Of a stretch of DNA of 64,000 bases, positions 1-12,886 are shown piece by piece. Below the pieces are notes generated by a model, which saw only the letters and a program-made list of their open reading frames with translations, ran no database searches and was not told the DNA's origin. Source of the DNA: Octopus sinensis (Eukaryota). The DNA lies in assembly GCF_006345805.1 (NCBI RefSeq), contig NC_043000.1, positions 6,386,001 through 6,450,000 of the forward strand, in the 5' to 3' direction. A program made the position numbers and the translations under genes. How positions within the stretch are numbered: position 1 is the first letter of the stretch; each line of letters begins with the position of its first letter.

Positions 1-345
1 CTATTAGGATGCAGAAATCTCCAAAATATAACATTTGATATGGCCTGTTGTTCAGAATTATAGCAGCGTCTAGCAAAGCCTACCCTGCATTGGGCAATAA
101 TTGTAGAGATGGATGGAATGTGTCCATAAATCTCCCCTTTGGTTTTATGTTCACCCATAAGATGAGGCTTCTCACCTCATGAGAATCCTGGTGTATGTAC
201 CATCAATGAGATCTTGAACCTCTTTCGTCATAGTTCAAGTTTTGGTTCTATAGAGAATAATGTACTTCACGCATACCCTGAAGAAGGCCAGCCTTCTTGA
301 CTTAGAAGTACTGAACTGCTAGATATTAAGTTGTTCCAAAAATAA
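1..345 (-). mobile_element. Decayed RTE-X-like LINE fragment (region C-terminal to RT)
   Basis: Minus-strand translation gives FFRVCVKYIILYRTKT*TMTKEVQDLIDGTYTRILMR, then after a frameshift HKTKGEIYGHIPSISTIIAQCRVGFARRCY. This matches the RTE-X motif LFRAxVESILLYGSETWT...LDGTYTRxLMR...RFAGHC. Stops and frameshifts present. Confidence 0.8.
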
Positions 346-349
346 TGGC

Positions 350-1128
350 CACTCTAAGCATTGTGTTTTGAAACGAAATTTTATTATAGTATTTTAATTA
401 TATTTTAAGTGAATTTCGACATACTTAATAATTGATGTATGTTCTTTAATAATTTTATACTTATTTCAGACAGAAAACATTCTTGAAGCATAGGTGTCCT
501 TAATTATGAACACGACAAAAAAGGACCACTTATATTTCTTGCATGAGTTCAAGCTTGGGCACAATGCCTCTCAAACTGTTGCCAATATCAACAGAGCATG
601 GGGAGAGGGGTCCACAAGTGATTTCACAGTACAAAGGGGGTTTCAGAAATTCTGTAGTGGTGATGAGAGCCTTGAGGATGAAGAAGGTAGAAGACGGTCA
701 TGCAGTCTTGACAATGAACAATTGAAAGCAATTGTGGAACAAAACCCCCGTCAAAGTGTCAGAGAAATGTCTCAGACACTTGGTGTCAGTATTGCAATGG
801 TCTCACGCAATTTGCAGAAGATTGGTAAAGTGAAAAAGCTCAATAAATGGGTACCACATCCTCCATATTCTACTGATCTTTCACCCACTGACTACTGTTT
901 TTTTAAGCATTTAGACACTTTTTTAAGTGATAAAACTTTCAGGTCCAAACCAGAGATGGAATAAGCTTTCAAAGATTTGTTAGCATCAATGCCAATAAGT
1001 TTTTATCAACGAGGCATAAATAATCTCGTTAATCAATGGCAGAGATGCATAGATGTTCACAGCTCATACTTTGACCAATCAAAACATTTCTGTTGTTAAA
1101 TTTTCCAGAATAAAATTATGCTTCTGAA
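350..1128 (+). mobile_element. Internally deleted mariner transposon
   Basis: ORF 494-964 encodes a mariner HTH region and KWVPH fused directly to PPYSTDLSPTDY. Past the stop the frame continues AFKDLLAS...FYQRGINNLVNQWQRCID...YFD, a mariner C-terminus. TIRs are degenerate. Confidence 0.9.
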
Positions 1129-1129
1129 A

Positions 1130-1930
1130 TCAGCCTGTAGCGGCACAAGCAGTTAGCACCATATTGGATGAGATCTCGTGGCAGCCATTGCCATCTCCGA
1201 GACTGGAGTGAGACCTTACCTGCATCCATTTGCCATGTGCGAGATCACAATGAGGCTCATTGTGGAGAAAACTATATAAAGGGAAAACACTCTTCAAATT
1301 CCTCTTCTTCGGCGCCATTACACAGCAGCGCCGGCTGAACACCAACACTGGCTGAGGCTTTCTGCCTGTCTCTCTCCAGAGGCAATGTGCCCACACTATC
1401 GGAGCTTAAGATGGTAGCTGAGAGCAGCACACTTCACCTTTCCTGTAAATAGACCAGTTGTAAATAGCAGTTGTACTTAAAGTCTTTTTCTCTTCACCTG
1501 CTGAAAGCCTGAATTCTATAAAGAACAAGAAGAATGATGGAAGGAAATGATATTCTTCCGATACCGTAAACCTTGCCTTTCCATTATTAAAAGCCATTAT
1601 TTTCGGAACAACCTCGTATTTTGAAGCTTGTTACAAGCGCCTAAGCTTGTCCCTTACAAACCAGAAAGTCTTACTGTCAGCAACATGATTCAAGGTACCT
1701 GAAATCACCAACCTCCTTGAATTTTGTGTCATCATTGGAACAAACTGGCAGGAGTGCTTCCATCTTCATCAATGGTCATTTATTCAGTCATCTTTGTATA
1801 GAGAAACCAATATCAACAGAGCATGTATCTCTCTGACCTTCATTAGGCTAATTATTTTTTCTCCTCGCAGCTCGTCAGCTGAAGATGTGCAAGTCTTGTT
1901 AACATCCCCTGTGGATGTTGCTGCCACAGT
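1130..1930 (-). mobile_element. Highly decayed RTE-type LINE RT fragment
   Basis: Minus-strand remnants SADE (YADD-like), TKMTE*M, KEVGDFRYL, DFLVCKGQA..ACNKL and WAHCL, broken by many stops. Confidence 0.6.
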
Positions 1931-3199
1931 CCATCTGTGGCCCTCATTTGATCTATTTATACATTTCTTATTCTAGGTGCTGCATGAAGCTCTTAACTGT
2001 TTTTCATGCCTTCACTCCTTCAATAAGCAAGGGTCTTTCAATCCAATATTTATATACTATTATTTATAGCCTTATGTGCTTTGAGATCCACTGCTCTAAA
2101 AAAAAATACAAACTACATCATATCATCTCAAAAGTTTATAAATTCTTATGATGTTATCAACATGCAATTCTCACTGGTAAGGATAAAAGTTTCTAAAATT
2201 GACAGAGAAATTTGAAGGATTACTTTGGTCCAACGGTAGAACACCTTTCATGTCTAAAAGAGATGTGGGTTCAAGTCTCATTAGCAGCCTTCAACTTTTT
2301 CTATGCAAAAGGGGTTTTCCAACCCAATATTTACATGCTGTTATTCATAGCTTTATGTGCTTCAAAATCCATGTTCCATAGAGAGAAAAAATGCTACTAC
2401 CAACAATTATGAATTACTTAGCTAAATCTCTATATAACTATGGTGGAAAAAGTTGTACTACAAAAAAAAACTGAAAATGATAAAGAGAAAAAAATTGAAG
2501 AGTTATGATTTGAACACTAGAAGAAAAGAATCTTGGACACAGAGGTAGATACAAGAAAAATCTATAAAGGTAGATCAAAAGCATTCAGGTAAAATAGATT
2601 TTGAAGAAAAAATAGTAATAACAATAACAAATCAATTCTGTTGATTGTCATTTTAAACAGCTGTGAGTCATAGATTGCTGTTGTTGTTTAGCCCCGGGTT
2701 AACTGATCAGGCAAACCTATGATCAAAGCCATTCAAACTGTAACCAATCAATCTACTTTTTTTTCATTTGATTTTCTTTTATTTTCTCCTGACTTACTGT
2801 CTCTGAACTTCATTATTCAATATGCAATTTATTTTTAAGACTCTCAGGCGAGATTTTGCTGTTATTTGTAGCAGATCAAGCAGCCACGTAGAGAGTCTTT
2901 CATCAGTTTATACAGATGTGAGTAATAGGCTGCTCGTTGTAGTAGTGATAGCAACGTTACTAGCAAACAGGATGTTTTGTTGTGTCTTTGTTTTCCTCAA
3001 GATGACAGCTGTGCAAAGGAAAAAGATTGAGAAAGTTTTCTTTCCTAAATGTATAAATTCCAGTTTTTATGTCACTTAAAGCTGCAGAGAAAATATTAAT
3101 ACTTTAAGAAGACTAGATAAATTTCTTTCTCTCTAATCTGTTAATTTTCTACACACATACACATGCAAGCCTAGACACATATATACATACATGTATATT

Positions 3200-4590
3200 C
3201 ATTCTTTCTTTCTCATATACTCTCTCTTCTCTCTCTCTCTCTCTCTCTCTTTATCTCACTCACTTTCATATTCATAAAAAAAATTATGTGGTTTCTCAAA
3301 CAAATAATTGCAGAAAACAAAGCAATCAGAAAAGCAGCTTCTCTGAAATAATGCAAAAACTTCAAACAATGAAAAAGAAGAGACAGTGGTGGGAAACCGC
3401 TTTGAAAGGTATGCAAACTGCATTTGCATGTGATCGCAGTGGTAGAAGGTAAGAAAGACAGGAAGTAGTTTGGCTACAACAAAGGACGGCCAAAACCCAT
3501 GCTATGCCACTGGGAGGAAATATATTGGGTTGTCCGGAAAGTTCCTGCTGATTTTTAAAGGAAAGAAAAAGGTCAATAAATACTTGCCATTACATTTTTA
3601 ATCAGCCAAATATGAACCATTTTGTTGCACAATGCATCTCCATCTTTCCTTTAACTTGAAAATACCCTCTTCCCAGAATTGAGGTGGTTTCATGGCAAAG
3701 AATTCATCAAGGTATCTTTTTACGTCATCCAAGGAATTGAAATTTTTACCATTAAAACTATTCTGCAGAAACCTGAATAAGTGGAAATCCGAAGGAGCAA
3801 TATCTGGTGAATATGGAGGGTGGGGTAACACATCCCAACCAAGCTGCAGGAATTTTTGTCTGGTTCCCAAAGCATCAAGTACCGAAAATGAACTTTCTTA
3901 TCTTCCATTTTAAGGGGTTACAGAATTAACACAGGTTATAGGAACATAAACCTTCTTCCACGAAAAGATAGCTTAAACTGTGCTCTAAATGGAGGTGTAG
4001 TCAAATCCTATTTTATGGACTCAACCATGTTCTAAAATAAGTCGAAAGGTAAGCTACTATAAATCGGCACAAACTTACCAGACAACCCAATATTTATGAC
4101 TTAGGTTCTACCTGGGTGGTCAGATTGATGTGGCTGATGTTAAAGATTGACCAGCTGCGATTCAATGCTTTTGAAGGAAAATGTGTATATATGGAAACAA
4201 AATTCTAAGGAGGAACACTTTCATAGATATCTTCTCTCCTTTTCATATACACTCTCCATCTCACTCACTTACATATTCATAAAAAAATATATGTGATTTC
4301 TCAGTAACATGGTTTGTGAAGGGTGTGCAGACTGCAGAGACCAGCCACCACAGTAAATATGTACAGTTGCAGTCGTTGAATGTATGTTATACTAATGAAA
4401 GATGGCAGTGAATTTGGTTACAACAAAAGGCAGCCAAAAACCTCTGCTATGCCACTAGGACAGAGTATGTTCATGACTTAGGTTCTACCTGAGTGGTCAG
4501 ATTGATGTAGCTGATGTTAAAGATTGACCTGTAGTTAATTAATGCTTGTAAAAGAAAATGTGTGTATATGGAAACGAAATTCTAAGGAGA
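3200..4590 (+). repeat. Old local tandem duplication; the first copy is interrupted by a mariner
   Basis: cactcact..catattcataaaaaaa at ~3257 and ~4262; tacaacaaa..gccaaaa..ctatgccact at ~3474 and ~4419; atgacttaggttctacctg..ggtcagattgatgt.gctgatgttaaagattgacc at ~4096 and ~4474. Confidence 0.8.
3525..4090 (-). mobile_element. Non-autonomous mariner deletion derivative with TIRs and TA target duplication
   Basis: TIR ttgggttgtccggaaagtt at 3525 and aacttaccagacaacccaa ending 4090, each flanked by TA. ORF 3598-3870 has LGWDVLPHPPYSPDIAPSDFHLFRFLQN...WRCIVQQNGSY. Confidence 0.93.
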
Positions 4591-4688
4591 AGGGTAATGC
4601 TCTGGGTTGGAAAAACTAGAGAAAGTGATTAGTCTGAGAGAAAAGAAGCAGAATGAATGATGATGTATGACAGAAATGCTGGAGTAGA

Positions 4689-4927
4689 AAGGCGGTGATC
4701 TGGCAGAAACGTTAGCATGCCAGGCAAAATGGTTTGTGGTATTTCGTCTGCCGCTTCGTTCTGAGTTCAAATTCCGCTGAGGCTGACTTTGTCTTTCATC
4801 CTTTCGGGGTTGATAAATTAAGTACCAGTTACACATTGGGGTCGATGTAATCGATTCAATCCGTTTGTCTGTCCTTGTTTGTCCCTTCTATGTTTAGCCC
4901 CTTGTGGGCAATAAAGAAATAAGAAAT
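4689..4927 (+). mobile_element. tRNA-derived SINE, family D (core ctttcatcctttcggggtcgataaa; possibly Meta/MESC-like)
   Basis: A-box-like tggcagaaacgttagc, B-box-like gagttcaaattcc, central core, tail ccccttgtgggcaataaagaaataagaa. The same family is in tandem at 57575-58345. Confidence 0.8.
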
Positions 4928-4949
4928 TCTTGAGTTGAGGCAATATGCA

Positions 4950-5990
4950 AATAGCTAGCTAAGGAGCAGAGGCCATTATAGGAGTGGTAGCAGAAGGGAA
5001 GAGATTGAGAAGACAGCACTTGTAAAAGCTACAGGTTGGGAGTATGTTGGTGAGTGAGTCTTTTTCAATTGGTTGCATGACTTTCTTTTGGAAGCAGTCG
5101 AGGATATTCTTGTGTATAGCAATAAAATCATTCCAAAAGTAGAAGCAATATTTTATTGCAGACCTCAAACAGCATAGGTAGCTGTATGGAGCTGAAATAT
5201 TTTCTGTTATTAAAAAAATGGAAGTTAGATGCTATGGAATGCAGTTTTGCTATGGAATGTGTGTGAAATTATCAGTAATTGTGAGGGTCTAGCATTTGTA
5301 GTGGCTTTAAGAGTTTTAATGGAATGTTCTTTGTGATAATTGAGGGTGATGTAAAAAAAGTGTTTTCAACATATGTGCAGTGGTTTTATTTTTATACTGT
5401 TGAAGGAGATAATGTTGTCACGGGCACATCGGACAGTAGAAGTTTGATGTGAGTTGTCTAAGGTGCATGTGGATGATGTGTGTGAGAATTGTTAGAGGTA
5501 ATAGTAAACAGTTCGTTAACATACAATATGGGTGACCTGGGGAATTGAAGGTATGTTGGTTCACCTGTCCATGCTTCCATGTTATGATCTGACAGGAAGC
5601 TTCCAACCATGACATTAGAGTTGGATGGAGTCCACAGACAGACAGTTTCGCTAGGAATTTATCATGCCATATACAATCAAATGCCTTATAACTGTCAAGT
5701 GCAACAAACTGTTTTTGCTGAATGACTCAAAAGTAAGGGATTCTGTTGAGTAACAGGGGAGAGCTGGACTCTGGTAGTTCTGAATCAACAGAAACCTTGC
5801 TGGTAGTTGCTGAAAAGAGAGAGAGATTCAAAGTGTTGGGGAAGTTGTTAACGAATGTTTCCATCACTTTTGAGATACTGGAAGGGAGAGCTGGGAGGTT
5901 TTGCTTCTTTGGATTGGGACACACTGTAGAATGTTTCCAAAGACCAAGTTTGGGAGAAGTTTGGTGAGTAAGGGGCTAACACTGGGTTGT
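4950..5990 (-). mobile_element. Decayed CR1-group LINE, RT and C-terminal region
   Basis: Minus-strand remnants PKKQNLPALPSSISKVMETFVN (RPIxLTSxISKVME-like), and SLPFCYHSYNGLCS near 4965-5010. Confidence 0.6.
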
Positions 5991-6247
5991 ACTGTTTAAA
6001 GGATTATGGGTGAGTTGGATAACTTTTCTAGGTGTTGTACATAGTGTCCTTAGCCTGTACTACTGTGAGTGAACAATTTGGGTGGATTGAAGTTATGAAG
6101 TTTGGTAGAGTAAGGGGTGTGGACGGTCATTTCTAAAAGAATAGTTTCAGTTTCCTGCTTTACTGTCTCAGATGGATGAGGAGTTAAGCATAAGTACTTC
6201 CAAGATTAGTTTGAACTGGCAGAGTTCTGACAAGTTAACTGACTTAA

Positions 6248-6455
6248 CCCTTTGCCATTCAGATTTTTCTATCAAACGCAATGCTTATTCATTGACATTG
6301 ACTTGAATCAGCCATGCATTACCTTGTAGCTTTGATATTTTGATGACGTGATTGTATATTTTTAGAATGTCACTGTAAGATAGGTGTGAGAGTCCAGATT
6401 GGGCCCATTTGAACATAAAACAAGTAGTTTATTTTGGCCTGATATGGCTAAAGGG
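6248..6455. mobile_element. piggyBac-like MITE with TTAA target site
   Basis: TTAA at 6244-6247, then ccctttgcca...tggctaaaggg, then TTAA at 6456-6459; 208 bp, non-coding. Confidence 0.85.
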
Positions 6456-6479
6456 TTAAAGTACCAAAGAGTCTGGAAG

Positions 6480-6790
6480 AGATTTTGGTGGTGTATAGTG
6501 TGAATATGTGGAAGGTAGAAATGATTAGGCAGTAGTTGTATGTTTGGACAGATAGAGAAACAGTGGTGGTTTTTTAGAATCAGGCTTTAAAGATGAGCAA
6601 GAGATCAAATGTGTCTAAAGTATCTGTTTGTCAGTCAAGGATGTGTTTAGAGAGTTAAGAATTGCAAACAGTTCAGATTCAAACCAGCAGTATCAATGTG
6701 GAAGATGTGTGAATGTAATGATATTCTTTGAGTCACTTTTATATTGGTTTTGGTACTGTTTATTTGTGGTGGGAAGAAGAAATATTCATG
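6480..6790 (-). mobile_element. Possible RNase H remnant of an I-group-type LINE
   Basis: Minus-strand SELFAILNSLNT...IL*THLISCSSLK resembles AELxAIxxAL...IxTDSxSAL. Heavily decayed. Confidence 0.35.
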
Positions 6791-7319
6791 ACATATAAGT
6801 CATTGTCAAACACTCCATTGATACTTGTTTGTAGCCCAGTTAGATGTTGGAGGTCTTGTTTGTGCTTCTGAAATTTTGCTTCCTAGGAAAGAAGAGGATA
6901 TGGAATTATGTTCCAGCTGATTAGGGCAGCTTTCTGAGGCATTACCCACAGACCATGGCATGATTTGCCCCCCCCCCTGAGAAACTTTACCCATCTGTAC
7001 TCTCCAAGAATTGAAGATATCACTCATTGGAAAGAGTAGTGAAAGTCAATCCATCAAGGGATCATGACATCCTTCAGTTGGGAGACTAGTACAAGTACTC
7101 ACAATAGCATGAACTCTGCCAAAAGAAAGCACCTATGGGTTAGGAGGTTGCCTTTCCATAACTTTGCTGAGTTTACCACCCATGGAAAAGAAAAGGCTGG
7201 AGCCATGCTATTCTATCAGGACATCAGCACTAAAGCAGTTGTCTTACAGAGCTCAGACTCTTCTCTGTCGGTTTTTGATCTTTAGTGATCTCAGAGGAAA
7301 TGGCTTCTGGATGTGTTAC

Positions 7320-7382
7320 CTTCACTGTGGCTGGCTTAGTTGATACAATACAATTAATAGCTAAATTAGGAAAACTACCATT
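7320..7382 (-). CDS. Candidate 63-nt internal exon (NGSFPNLAINCIVSTKPATVK, phase 0-0)
   Basis: Acceptor actttcgtttcag, donor AAG|gtaaca; open only in phase 0. Confidence 0.35.
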
Positions 7383-8298
7383 CTGAAACGAAAGTAGTAT
7401 TTTACAAAATTTGAAATAATTTTCAAGTCTAAGAAGGTAATCTTTTTAGCTGATTAAATGCAATTAATGTCTCTGAATGTACAATAAATGTATCTGTCCA
7501 ATTTCCATAACAACAGTTATTAATATGAAGGACAGCCAGATATGAAAATCTTGTGCAAAACAAATTGTGCGTCCAGTTAAAGAAATCTTGTTGAACCAAC
7601 TGTATAGAACTTGATTCCCTAATACTTTGATTTCCCTAATTTGATTAATATAGTTGAAGAATATCTCAGATGTAATCTGGGAAAGTCTTTTATTATTAGC
7701 AAATCTGAAAGCAGAACATGAGCTCATGTTGTAAGAAAAAAAAAGGTAAGAGGTTTTCTTGTTAAATATTATTAAGTGAATTGACCACCAGGAAGAGACC
7801 AGAAAGATGTCATTTAGCTGTCACAAAAACCAGCTAAAACTAAACATTGAAATCATTGAAATGGTTGTAACTGAGACCCAAAAACAAGAAAACTGAAGCT
7901 GAAAACCACTCCAACTGATGCCCCTCCATCATCACTGGAACTGACATTTCTGGAGTCAAAAGAAACAGAAATGTCAAAGAATGCAAGTATTAGAAAGGAA
8001 CCAACAATGATCTGAAGATTAGTCTGTTTTTGGAAATCAATGAGAGAGAAATGAGTTCGGCATAGCAATATTCTTCAGAATAAAATAACCTATATTTAAC
8101 GAGGTTTAATAATAGAAACAGATACATGGATGGTCAGATGCAAACAAAATGGGTGGAACAGCGACAGTGGAATGTTGATTAACCTTGTTTTCACATCGTT
8201 ATATAAATTGACAATTGATTAGACTTGAAAGAGAAATATTTTTTTTTATTTATCTTTGCTTATGCAATACGAAAAATATGGACATGGATGAAATTGTG

Positions 8299-8745
<447 letters not shown>

Positions 8746-9057
8746 TTGTGTTTATGTGATTAAAAAGTTCACTTTGCAACCATGTGGTTTCAGGTTCAGT
8801 CTTGCTGCACAGCAAGTGTCTTCTATAGCCCTTGGGCAATCGATGCCTATAAGTGAATTTGGTAGATTGAAACAGTGTGAAAGCCCATGTTTATATATAT
8901 ATATATATATATCAAAACAGGAGATTGGAAAAAAAGTATTTGATATTATTTATTCACTATTACATTTTATAGCAAGTTGATGCAGGTAATTTATTCCATC
9001 ACCCTCCGTCTTTTAGTTTATGCAATTGAAAAAAATTGATTCATTTATGAGATGACT

Positions 9058-9115
<58 letters not shown>

Positions 9116-9117
<2 letters not shown>

Positions 9118-9660
9118 GCATGTCCGTATATGAACGTGGTTTTTATGTTTTGTATACTTCCTTATGTTTTTTCTGTTACCTTTAACCATGGTTTTTCTTG
9201 TGCTTGTGCGTATATAGACGTATGTATGAACTTTTACGGTACGCCTGTGTGTGTGTATGAGTTTGTATATATATGCGTATATATTTGGCGAAAAATGCGA
9301 GTGAAGATGTGTACATTTTCATAGTGACGTATAAGTATGCACGTGGGTCCGCGAGCGCACATGTGAGCGTATGACTAGCCATGTTTACGTGTTTACTATG
9401 AACTTTTAATCTTATTTTATATAAGTAGCAGAATTATAACACAGTAATTTCCCTTTATATAACGGTATTTTTTCATAGCGTTTTTTCAGATGGCCAGATA
9501 ACCGAAGAGATGGTGTTGTGGATTTCCACTTCGGCATCTGAAACTCAGAGTTTTATCTTGGCTACTGTATAATTGCCACATATTATTTTATAGATAAATT
9601 TCCTCTATTTACATAATATTGAGGTCTCTTTCTTTCTTTTGTTATCTTACCGATTTTACC
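9116..9660 (+). mobile_element. Penelope-like pLTR-type fragment between (TA)n tracts
   Basis: CpG-rich non-coding insert bounded by (TA)n at 9060-9115 and 9661+, containing a hammerhead-like fold at 9494-9561. Confidence 0.6.
9494..9561 (+). ncRNA. Variant type-I hammerhead-like motif
   Basis: Stem I CCAGAUAA/UUAUCUUGG; core CCGAAGA (U4C); stem II GAUG..CAUC plus an extra U; GAAA; helix III ACUC-a-GAGU; putative site GUU at 9550-9552. Confidence 0.6.
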
Positions 9661-9676
9661 AATATATATATATATA

Positions 9677-10022
9677 TGCTGGAACCCCCTTCGGTCCTGA
9701 TTGACCATGGGATTGCACCTAGACAGTTACCCTCCCAGGCACAAACAAGTCCGGGCAAGGTTGTTTATGGAAGACCAGCAGTTGCTCATGTATACCAGCC
9801 TCCCTTCTCCACACCACTGATGTTATCCAAGGGAAAGGCGAAGGGGCCAATTCAGTTTGGCACCAGTGACATTGCAACTCGTTTCTACAGCTGAGTGAAC
9901 TGAAGCAATGTGAAATAAAGTGTCTTGCTCAAGAACACAACACGCAGCCTGGTCCCGGGTTTCGAGCTCACAACCTAACAATTGTAAGCTTGACACTCTA
10001 ACCACTGAGCCATGCACCTTCA
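9677..10022 (-). mobile_element. tRNA-derived SINE, family C (ttgagcaagacactttatttc core)
   Basis: Minus-strand head ggtgcatggctcagtggttagag (A box), B-box-like gagctcgaaaccc, then cttgagcaagacac core. Confidence 0.85.
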
Positions 10023-10045
10023 CATATATATATATATATATATAT

Positions 10046-10250
10046 GTGACCTCGTGTGTACCGTTGGCGATTTTTTTTCCTCTGTCTTCCCTTCTCTGGA
10101 TGTTTCCTTCTCCTATGTTTCCGACAAAAGCTCCGCTCGAAACGTTAAACCCTCCTTCTTCCCTTCTTTCCTGAGCGTCCAATAATACTATATTTGTTCC
10201 ACGTCCTCGCGTTGTTGTGTTTTTTGTGTTTTCTTGTTTGGATTAACTTT
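10046..10250 (+). mobile_element. Short hammerhead-bearing Penelope-like fragment in (TA)n
   Basis: 10117-10150 reads GUUU CCGACAA AAGC ucc GCUC GAA ACGU U AAAC (degenerate core). Same family as 46148-46375. Confidence 0.7.
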
Positions 10251-10277
10251 ATATATGTATATATATATATATATATA

Positions 10278-10745
10278 TCATCATCATCATCATCATCGTT
10301 TAATGTCCGCTTTCCATGCTAGCATGGGTTGGACGGTTCAACTGGGGTCTGGCAAGCTCGAAGGCTGCACCAGGCCAGTCAGATCTGGCAGTGTTTCAAC
10401 AGCTGGATGCCCTTCCTAACGCCAACCACTCCGAGAGTGTAGAGGGTGATTTTATGTGCCACCGACACAGGTGCCAGACGAGGCTGGCAGACGGCCACGC
10501 TCGGATGGTGTTTTTATGTGCCACCGACACAGGTGTCAGACGAGGCTGGCAGACGGCCATGCTCGGATGGTGTTTTCTTATGTGCCACCGACACAGGTGC
10601 CAGACGGGCTGGCAAACGGCCACGCTCGGATGTTGTTTGTTACGTGCACACAGCACGGAGGTCAGTCGATGTGGTACTGGCTACGGTCACGTTCGGATGT
10701 GCCACCCACAAGGATACAAATTCCATTGATGTTCATCTATTTTTA
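10278..10745 (-). mobile_element. RTE LINE 3' end with ~59-bp internal tandem repeats and (ATG)n tail
   Basis: catcatcatcgtttaatgtccgctttccatgctagcatggg is the reverse complement of the 3' UTR and tail that follow RTE coding sequence at 50690-51070. Subrepeat atgtgccaccgacacaggtgccagacg occurs three times. Confidence 0.85.
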
Positions 10746-10794
10746 TTGGTTTGACTTGATTTGATTTTGATTTTGATTTTGATTTTGATTTAAC

Positions 10795-10839
<45 letters not shown>

Positions 10840-10864
10840 ACTATATATATATATATATATTAAC

Positions 10865-10896
<32 letters not shown>

Positions 10897-11653
10897 GGTA
10901 GGCAGACAGATAGGTAGATGCATTTCAATTTAAAATAACAGAAAAAATATATATACATGTCAGAATATATTCATAGATTAGAAGTTAACAATACAGCCAC
11001 AATCAAGTGAAACTTGAAACAATGAGTGTATGTCTGCACGAAAGCTGTAGGGTTAATATTTTTATACAGGCTGTATATATTATGTAGACAGGGCTTTAGT
11101 CTTCCCAAAAACATCTCTAGGACTTGTGGCACCATTAAAATGCACCTAGTTCCCCATACAATATTGTGGTTGGTATAATAAGATGAACTGAATTTCTATT
11201 CATGAAAATCATACCAAAATATAGCATGATATAAATGACAGTGTTGGTTGCTTTCTGTCTGCTGCTGTGTATCAAATGACAAAATATTTCAATGAATGGC
11301 AGGACATTATGATGCCAGTTGCAACCAAAACAGCATGCAAAAAGACGGATGTCAAATTATGTGAAGAAGAATGATGTACATGCAAGATATTAAGACTTGT
11401 CAGAGCTTGATTTCAGTTAAAAAGCAATACTTATGCACAAAAGAATTGCAATACAGGTAAAATACAGCAGCCAACAAGGTGTGGCCAAAATAATGTCTAG
11501 AAAAAAAGTCTCACTTTTAGCTCAAAAAAAAAAGTCACATTTTATTTAAGTACAATAAACAATTTAAGTAATAAAACAAAATTATTTTAGATTGGTTATT
11601 AACTGACACTGCATGAATTGGACACAATTTAAATGATGGAATTACACATAACT

Positions 11654-12063
11654 GTAGGCGTAGGAGTGACTGTGTGGTAAGTAGCTTGCTTACCAACCAC
11701 ATGGTTCAAGGTTCAGTCCCACTGCGTGGCACCTTGGGCAAGTGTCTTCTAATATAGCCTTGGGCAGGTCAAAGCCTTGTGAGTGGATTTGATAGACGGA
11801 AACTGAAAGAAGCCCGTCATATATATGTATATATGTATGTGTGTGTATGTGTGTATGTGTTTGTCGCCCCAACATCACTTGACAACCGATGCTGGTGTGT
11901 TTACGTCCCCATAACTTAGCGGTTCAGCAAAAGAGACCGATAGAATAAGTACTAGGCTTACAAAGAATAAGTCCCTGGGTCGATTTGCTTGACTAAAGGC
12001 GGTGCTCCAGCATGGCTACAGTCAAATGACCGAAACAAGTAAAAGAGTAAAAGAGTAAAGAGT
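11654..12063 (+). mobile_element. tRNA-derived SINE, family A (full length)
   Basis: Head ggagtgactgtgtggtaag..ggttcagtcccac, internal (TA/GT)n, tail ggtgctccagcatggc..gactgaaacaagtaaaagag. About 15 copies in the window. Confidence 0.92.
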
Positions 12064-12087
12064 ATAAAAAAAAGCAAAAAAGTAAAA

Positions 12088-12483
12088 AGGTTTGGCTGTG
12101 TAGTAAAATGCTTGCTTCCCAACCAAATGGTTCTGGGTTCAATCCCACTGTGTGGGCAAGTGTCTTCTACTGTAGCCTTGGGCCTACCAAAGCCTTGCGA
12201 GTGGATTTTGTTGACAGAAACTGAAAGAAGCCTGTCATATATACATATATCTGTGTGTGTGTCTTTGTGTCCATGTTTGTCCCCCCCCACCACCACCACC
12301 ACTGCTTGACAATGGGTTTTGGTGTGTTTACATCCCCATAAACACCAGTGGTTCCGCGAAAGCAGAATATGAACCAGGCTTAACAAAAAAGTAAGTATTG
12401 GAATCGATTCATTCAACTAAAAATTCTTCCAGGCGATGCCTCGGCATGGCTGTAGTCTAACGACTGAAACAAGTTAAAAGAAG
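12088..12483 (+). mobile_element. SINE family A, older diverged copy directly downstream
   Basis: Same motif order with many substitutions. Confidence 0.85.
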
Positions 12484-12886
12484 GATATTCAATTTCTTAA
12501 GCAAAGTAAAACAATGAAACAAAAAAATTCAAGTCAGTCATTCATTAGTAACTAGGTGACCAAGTGCTGCCAATAATGATGTCTAATTGTAGTATTTTAA
12601 ATATAAATAAAGTACAAAATAAGGTACAAAATAATCACATACTTCCCTTGTACATGCACACACATACACAAACATATACTCACAGAGTTGAAACACTGAT
12701 TTCTTTTCACCCCTTCCTTCCTTATTCATCTATCACACTTTCCTTTCTCTCATTGCTATTACTCTCTCTCTCTCTCTCAGTCAGGGCTGTTACTTTCACT
12801 ACTTCTTCACTGAGTTACCATTTTCTCTCCTCCTCCACGTCCAGCATGATTCTGGACAAATATTTATATATATATAAATATAAGCA

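Noticed and set aside
6806-8068. Short ORFs at 6806-7027, 7064-7285, 7464-7727 and 7853-8068
   Set aside because: No recognisable domain or consistent frame; lengths are within chance expectation.
11654-11740. tRNA genes at SINE heads
   Set aside because: A and B boxes are present, but there is no complete cloverleaf and each head runs into a SINE body.
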